The notes below the pieces were generated by a model. That model did not search any database. It saw only the letters and a program-made list of their open reading frames with translations, and was not told the origin of the DNA. From contig OX597837.1 in the NCBI GenBank assembly GCA_951406725.2, positions 11,160,001 to 11,224,000 on the forward strand: a stretch of 64,000 nt of DNA, read 5' to 3'. Shown here piece by piece: positions 57,948 to 64,000 of the stretch (position 1 is its first letter; each line of letters begins with the position of its first letter). A program made the translations under genes and the position numbers. Origin of the DNA: Octopus vulgaris. Taxonomy: Eukaryota.

Positions 57948-58200
57948 TGGAGGCGCGTGGCTTAGTGGTTAGGGTGTCAGCATCATGATCGCAAGATTGT
58001 GGTTTCGAGCTGGCAGAAACGTTAGCCCACCGGGCGAAATGCTTAGCTTTGTTTCGTCTGTCGCTACGATCTGAGTTCAAATTCCGCTTTGTCTTTCATC
58101 CTTTTGTGGTCGATAAATTAAGTACCAGTTGCGTACAGGGGTCATTCTAATCGCCCTGTCCTCACCTCAAAAAATTTTAATCCTTGTGCCTAGAGCAGAA
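57948..58200 (+). mobile_element. SINE C head fused to a SINE B copy
   Basis: Switches families at ggtttcg|agctggcagaaac near 58008. Confidence 0.7.
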
Positions 58201-58272
58201 ATAATTATTAGCTATCCGTTGCAGTAACAACATACTCATTAGTTAAAGGTCATAAATATCCCTTAAAAAGAC

Positions 58273-58524
58273 CAATTTTTCTCAACCATTTTATACCTGT
58301 GGACCCTTTGGATTCCCATTTTAATTACATAGCCCCTCAGAGCCATTCCATCTTTGAGAAATCCGATTGCATTTTTAGAATTAAATATTGTTAGAAATTG
58401 TATTAAAATATTGTTAAATAGTTAGCGTATTTTAGAAGTATAAACAATTTATGGCACATAAATTTGGTAATAAAGTCTTATATGGACCCTCAAGGGTGAT
58501 ATGTTCTCCGGTTGAGAACCACGG
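58273..58524. mobile_element. hAT-like MITE
   Basis: Termini caatttttctcaacc and ggttgagaaccacgg resemble CAGTGGTTCTCAACC TIRs. Confidence 0.45.
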
Positions 58525-58942
58525 CTATAGACAGACACTGCTATATATTCTTTTAAAAAATTACCTTTAAAATCTTTATTATTGTATTTCAAAATCGTAA
58601 ACTGAAATTTCCATTGGTCAATGTTCGCTTGATTATATCTAGATCCGATATCTATGTATGTGTAGACGTACTTATAAAAGCAGCTCTTTGAAAATAAATA
58701 AATAGATAAATAGATAAAATAAATAAATAGATAGATAAATAAATAAATAAATATATCTATATCAATTGTTTGGGGTGGTTCGGGAAGAGAAACAACTGCA
58801 GAAAAAAGATATATCTGTATGTATATTTTGTTAAGATAACAAATATGACTGCGGCATGATTGTATTGAACAATATTATATCTTTGGCAATACATCTGCAT
58901 GCATTTGATTAAACAGTGAGCTGACACAAAGAAACTCACTTT

Positions 58943-58980
<38 letters not shown>

Positions 58981-59133
58981 TCAATATCATCGCGTTGTTC
59001 ATTTGTATAAGAAGTTTTGCAAAACTACACGCATGGCAGAACTAATTTGGCTCAGATATGGTTTGCATTTGAAAGCTACTCTTTTTGCAACTGCTTTTTT
59101 TTAAAACAATGAAATATATACACCATATATGTA

Positions 59134-59217
<84 letters not shown>

Positions 59218-59333
59218 CGTGTGTGTGTATGTATGTATGTATATATATATATTTATACGTTTACGCATGAATTATGTCTACATAGTCGTTTACACATCGA
59301 ATAATCTAGTGGCTACACACACACACATATATA

Positions 59334-59403
<70 letters not shown>

Positions 59404-59841
59404 TATATACATAAATACGCACACACATATATATGTATGTGTATATATATATGTATATTTATAGATATATAGCTACACACACACACACACACACACACAT
59501 ATATGTACAACAGAAAAGGCACACATTTCATAAACACACACTACAGACATTTAGCATTGAACAATCATAATCAGTTTTTACAATTATTAAAATACATCAG
59601 AAATTTTAAAGGGTAATTTAAATAAAAAATCTTCAAAGGCCGGTTCAGAAAATTTTCCTTACATTATTCAATGCGTCTCGAAAAAGCAATTCTCCGGTTG
59701 TAATATGATATCGTAGCTGTCGGCTGATAGTAAAGTTTTACATAGACACAGGGTTAAATAATTGGTAGAAATAACAGAGAGGCATACATCGCACTCTATT
59801 GGGTCCCCTTTGGTCTATGCTTACTTAAATCTATCTATCTA

Positions 59842-59899
<58 letters not shown>

Positions 59900-59901
<2 letters not shown>

Positions 59902-60125
59902 GGAGTAAACACATAAATGTGAAACGAGGTGGAAAAAAGAGTACTCAAATACCAGTGGTAGAGTAATATGCTTTATTTAAAGCACCAGAAAATTCAACAA
60001 AACCTGTTACTCTGAGCTTCCCGTTGCCGTTCATCGGACAGTTTTTCTAGCAAAACTGTCCGATGAACGGCAACGGGAAACTCAGAGTAACAGGTTTTGT
60101 TGAATTTTCTGCTGCTTTAAATAAA

Positions 60126-60127
<2 letters not shown>
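59900..60127. mobile_element. Mini fold-back insertion (arms 59971-60045 and 60052-60126) in (TA)n
   Basis: Near-perfect palindrome with a 6-nt spacer; left arm about 70 nt longer. Confidence 0.88.
60056..60093 (+). ncRNA. Minimal hammerhead-like motif
   Basis: ctgt-CCGATGA-a-cg(gcaa)cg-g-GAAA-ctcagag-TA-acag. The left-arm copy has GAAA changed to GAAG, and a partial copy at 2924-2946 has CTGATGA. Confidence 0.65.
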
Positions 60128-60175
<48 letters not shown>

Positions 60176-62294
60176 CTGGTACAATAAACGGTTGCATATA
60201 AATTCTATAATTTTTTTCAATAAAAATATCGTAAAATTGTAAAAGGTGGGAAAAAAAATGAATTGAAAATGACTTGCAGAGAAATTTGTATTCTACAGAC
60301 ATTATTAACAAAACAATCATCAATGTGGCATGACTCGCTGGCTGATTTGCATACGTACGTGCTTGCGTACCTACGCACGTGCGTACGAACCTACGTACGT
60401 ACATATGTACGCATGTATGTATGTATGTATGTCGTTGTTCAGTTTATTTCAAGATTTCTTGCAAATAGAGAAAGAATCGGTTTCTAACCTACATCCAAGG
60501 CTCCTTCATTGGAATTTCAGCATCAATAAAAGGCTATTTTTGCATGTATGTATGTATGTATGTATGTATGTATGTATGTATGTATGTATGTATGTATGTA
60601 TGTATGTATGTATGTATGTATGTATGTATGTATGTATGTATGTATGTATGTATGTATGTATGTATGTATGTACGTACGTATGTACGTATGTATGTATGTA
60701 TGTATGTATGTATGTATGTGTGTGTGTGTATGTATGTATGTATGTATGTATGTATTGTATGTATGTATGTATGTATATCATTATTCTGTTTTATTTCAAG
60801 ATTTCTTGCCAATAGAGAAAGAGCCGTATCCTTCATTGGAATTTCAACATCAACAAAAAGGTATGTATGTATGTATGTATGTATGTATGTATGTATGTAT
60901 GTATGTATGTGTGTATGTATGTATGTATGTATGTATGTATGTATGTATGTATGTATGTATGTATGTATATGTATGTATGTATGTGTATGTATGTATGTGT
61001 GCAGATTTGTGTGTTTTGTTTTATGTATGTATTCTCATGCATATAGTCACATATCTAGACATGCTCATATATATTTAAATAATAAACTTCAGGAAAGTTT
61101 TACAGATTTTTACAGTTCCAATGATGGATTAGATCTGGAGTCTTCGAATCTCCTTTCTGATTTTGAGAAGCCTAATTTCTCAAGATTGGTATTTAGGTAG
61201 TGTGTTACATATCTAGGGTCCCAATAATTACAGGTATAAACCTGAACTTGAAAGTCAACCTTGGCGGGCTTTGAACGCAAAACTTAAAGACAGGTGAAAT
61301 GCCGCCAAGCATTTTATTATGGTGTGGTAACGATTCTGCCAGCTCTTTGGTTAAAATTGGTGGCAAATATATTGACAGTGAGGAAGTCGCGTCTGAGTGT
61401 CGCCATTCTCCTAGAATATCTAGCAAACGAATTTCGCTCTAATTCGTGAGAAATGAAATCTATGGCTTTGTACCTTAGACAAAAATCAACAGCCTTTAAG
61501 CCTGATTGGTTAATCATTGCAGCTATTGTTTTTATAAATTCATTGTTAGTATTAATGCATTCTTAACAGAGTTTTGTTCGCTTTGATTTGTTTTTCTTCA
61601 TAATTCCCAGAGCTGACGCAAAAGCAAAGCGTGATTCTTATTCTCGTATACCTCCCAAAGAAACAGTTTTTGTAGTGGATTTATTTGCAGTTATTTACTC
61701 TTCCATTTTCTTCCTCTCTTTTTTTTCTTTCTTCTGGTTTTCGTAGAAGAAACATCCGCCATTTAATAATTAAAGTTTCGTGGCTCCGAAACAACAATTG
61801 TATTGATTTGCTACTAAATCTGTGGTTGTCATTAATTCACTTAACATCAGAAAATTAAATTGTGTGCATGAGTGAAGCTCTAAGGCCGTCATTTTGTAAT
61901 GTAACTTCTTGAATTTGTTAGCATCTGTTGTTTATGCGTAGCGAGAAGAAGGACCAGTCGACATGGCAATGTTCTGGCGAACGAAAGCAGTTTAGTTATA
62001 TCATTGTAAGGTTACAAAAGAAAGGATAGCAACGCACGCATGCATACACACACATACATGCACTTACAAACATACACACAAACACACACAGATACACACA
62101 TATACACATGGCACTTATAATACGAGGCACTGTTAAAGTGGGAATCCTTTAGGAAACAAGCACATATATACATGCATACATCTACAACACACACACACAC
62201 ACACACACACACGTATATGCATCCCTCTATTCATATAACATGTATATAAATACACACACACACACATTCACATTTCATGAATAGATGCATTAGA

Positions 62295-62458
62295 GTAGGC
62301 GTGGCTGTGTGGTAAAGAGCTTGCTTCCCAAAGTCCATGTTTCCAGGTTCAGCTCCACTGCGTGGTGCCACGTGCCAGTGTTTTCTACTAGAGCCTCGGG
62401 CTGACCAAAGCCTTGTGAGTGGGTTTAGTTCGACGGAGGCTGATAGAAGCCCGTCCTG
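62295..62458 (+). mobile_element. SINE family A, 5' half, diverged
   Basis: tRNA head similarity. Confidence 0.75.
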
Positions 62459-62466
62459 TATGTATG

Positions 62467-62497
<31 letters not shown>

Positions 62498-63422
62498 TTA
62501 TACATGTATACATGTATATATATATGTATACATATATACATGTATACATGTATATATATATAGATATATATATATACATGTGTATATATATATACATACA
62601 TATATATATGTGTGTATATATATATATATATACATGTATATATATATACACATGTATATATATATATACATATATATACATGTATATATATATATTTATA
62701 TATACATGTATATACATGTTCGTTTAGATGTTTTTGTTATTATGTTTTCGTTTCTCATTGTGTTCAACGTGTTTTTTGATGTCCCGTACCCATATATGCA
62801 TGTATATATACATATAGATGTAGGTATGTACATATATGTATGTATATATGCATATATTTATATATTATTTATATTATATGTTCGAACGCCACGCATCCTT
62901 TTCTAAGTAAGTATATTTATATATATATATATATATATCTGGATATGTCGGTATATGCATATGTATACTAGGAAATACATATAAACGTGTGTGTACGTGT
63001 GTGTGTGCCAGCATGCTTATATGTGTGCGCGTGCTTGTATGTTTCTCTTTGCGTATGTGTGAGTGTGTCTGTGTGTATATGCGCGCGTGTGTGTGTTTGT
63101 GCACATACACCATATAAATTGGATTTTTTCCTCCTCAACGTTGGCCTTCTTAATTCTTCACCATACGAAGCTACAAATTTTGTTTTCTCAATATTTCATT
63201 CTTAATATTTCACTTCATCGCATATTCCTTCCTCTTCGCAATTTCTCCGTAATTGGGTCTCTTTAGGCTTAGATACTTCTAGAATGAAAAACACAGTTCC
63301 CCCTCTTCTAATTAATTCTTATCTAACCGTAGCCCTAACTGTATTAATTAAAATTTTCAAACTGAAGAAAGAATACTCAAAAATACTATAATACCATTTC
63401 CTTCTACGAATGCTTATCGGAT

Positions 63423-64000
63423 GGCGGTTAACTGGCAGAATCGTTAGCACGCCGGGCGAAATGCTTAGCGGTATTTCGTCTGCCGTAACGTTCTGAGTTC
63501 AAATTCCGCCGAGGTCGACTTTGACTTTCATCCTTTCGGGGTCGATAAATTAAGTACCAGTTACGCACTGGGATCGATCTAATCGACTTAATCCGTTTGT
63601 CTGCCCTTGTTTGTCTCCCCTGTGTTTAGCCCCTTGTGGGTAATAAAGAAATAGGTATTTCGTCTGCCGTTACGTTGTGAGTTCAAATTCCGCCGAGGTC
63701 GAGTTTGCTTTTCGTCCTTTCGGGGTCGATTAAATAAATATCAGTTACGCACTGGGGTCGATGTAATCGACTTAATCCGTTTGTCTGTCCTTGTTTGTCC
63801 CCTCTATGTTTAGCCCCTTGTGGGTAATAAAGAAATAGGTATTTCGTCTACCGTTACGTTGTGAGTTCAAATTCCGCCGAGGTCGAGCTTGCTTTTCATC
63901 CTTTCGGGATCGATTAAATAAATACCAGTTACGCACTGGGGTCGATGTAATCGACTTAATCCATTTGTCTGTCCTTGTTTGTCTTCTCTGTGTTTAGCCC
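63423..64000 (+). mobile_element. SINE family B tandem array (head plus at least 3 units, runs off the window)
   Basis: Junction aaagaaatag|gtatttcg near 63655 and 63838. Confidence 0.92.

Overview
AT-rich, microsatellite-saturated eukaryotic DNA with no convincing host gene. The SINE families and simple-repeat load suggest a cephalopod, probably Octopus (inference). Almost all listed ORFs are microsatellite artefacts. Real coding remnants are a 5'-truncated Penelope-like element (RT end plus GIY-YIG) present as a 2.6-kb head-to-head palindrome, a 5'-truncated CR1/L2-group LINE, an RTE 3' fragment and a decayed DD37D (maT) transposase. There are also many tRNA-derived SINE copies, a complete non-autonomous Helitron, MITEs and a minisatellite. 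The main unexplained structure is a set of about 14 type I hammerhead-ribozyme-like motifs from about 8 sequence families. Most sit in fold-back insertions of 0.16-4.4 kb in or beside (TA)n tracts, including a 4.4-kb non-coding palindrome made mostly of scrambled microsatellite. This points to a Penelope-driven system of ribozyme-tipped palindromic non-autonomous elements. A LINE/SINE pair sharing a 3' stem-loop with compensatory changes is also visible. All folds and alignments were done by eye.
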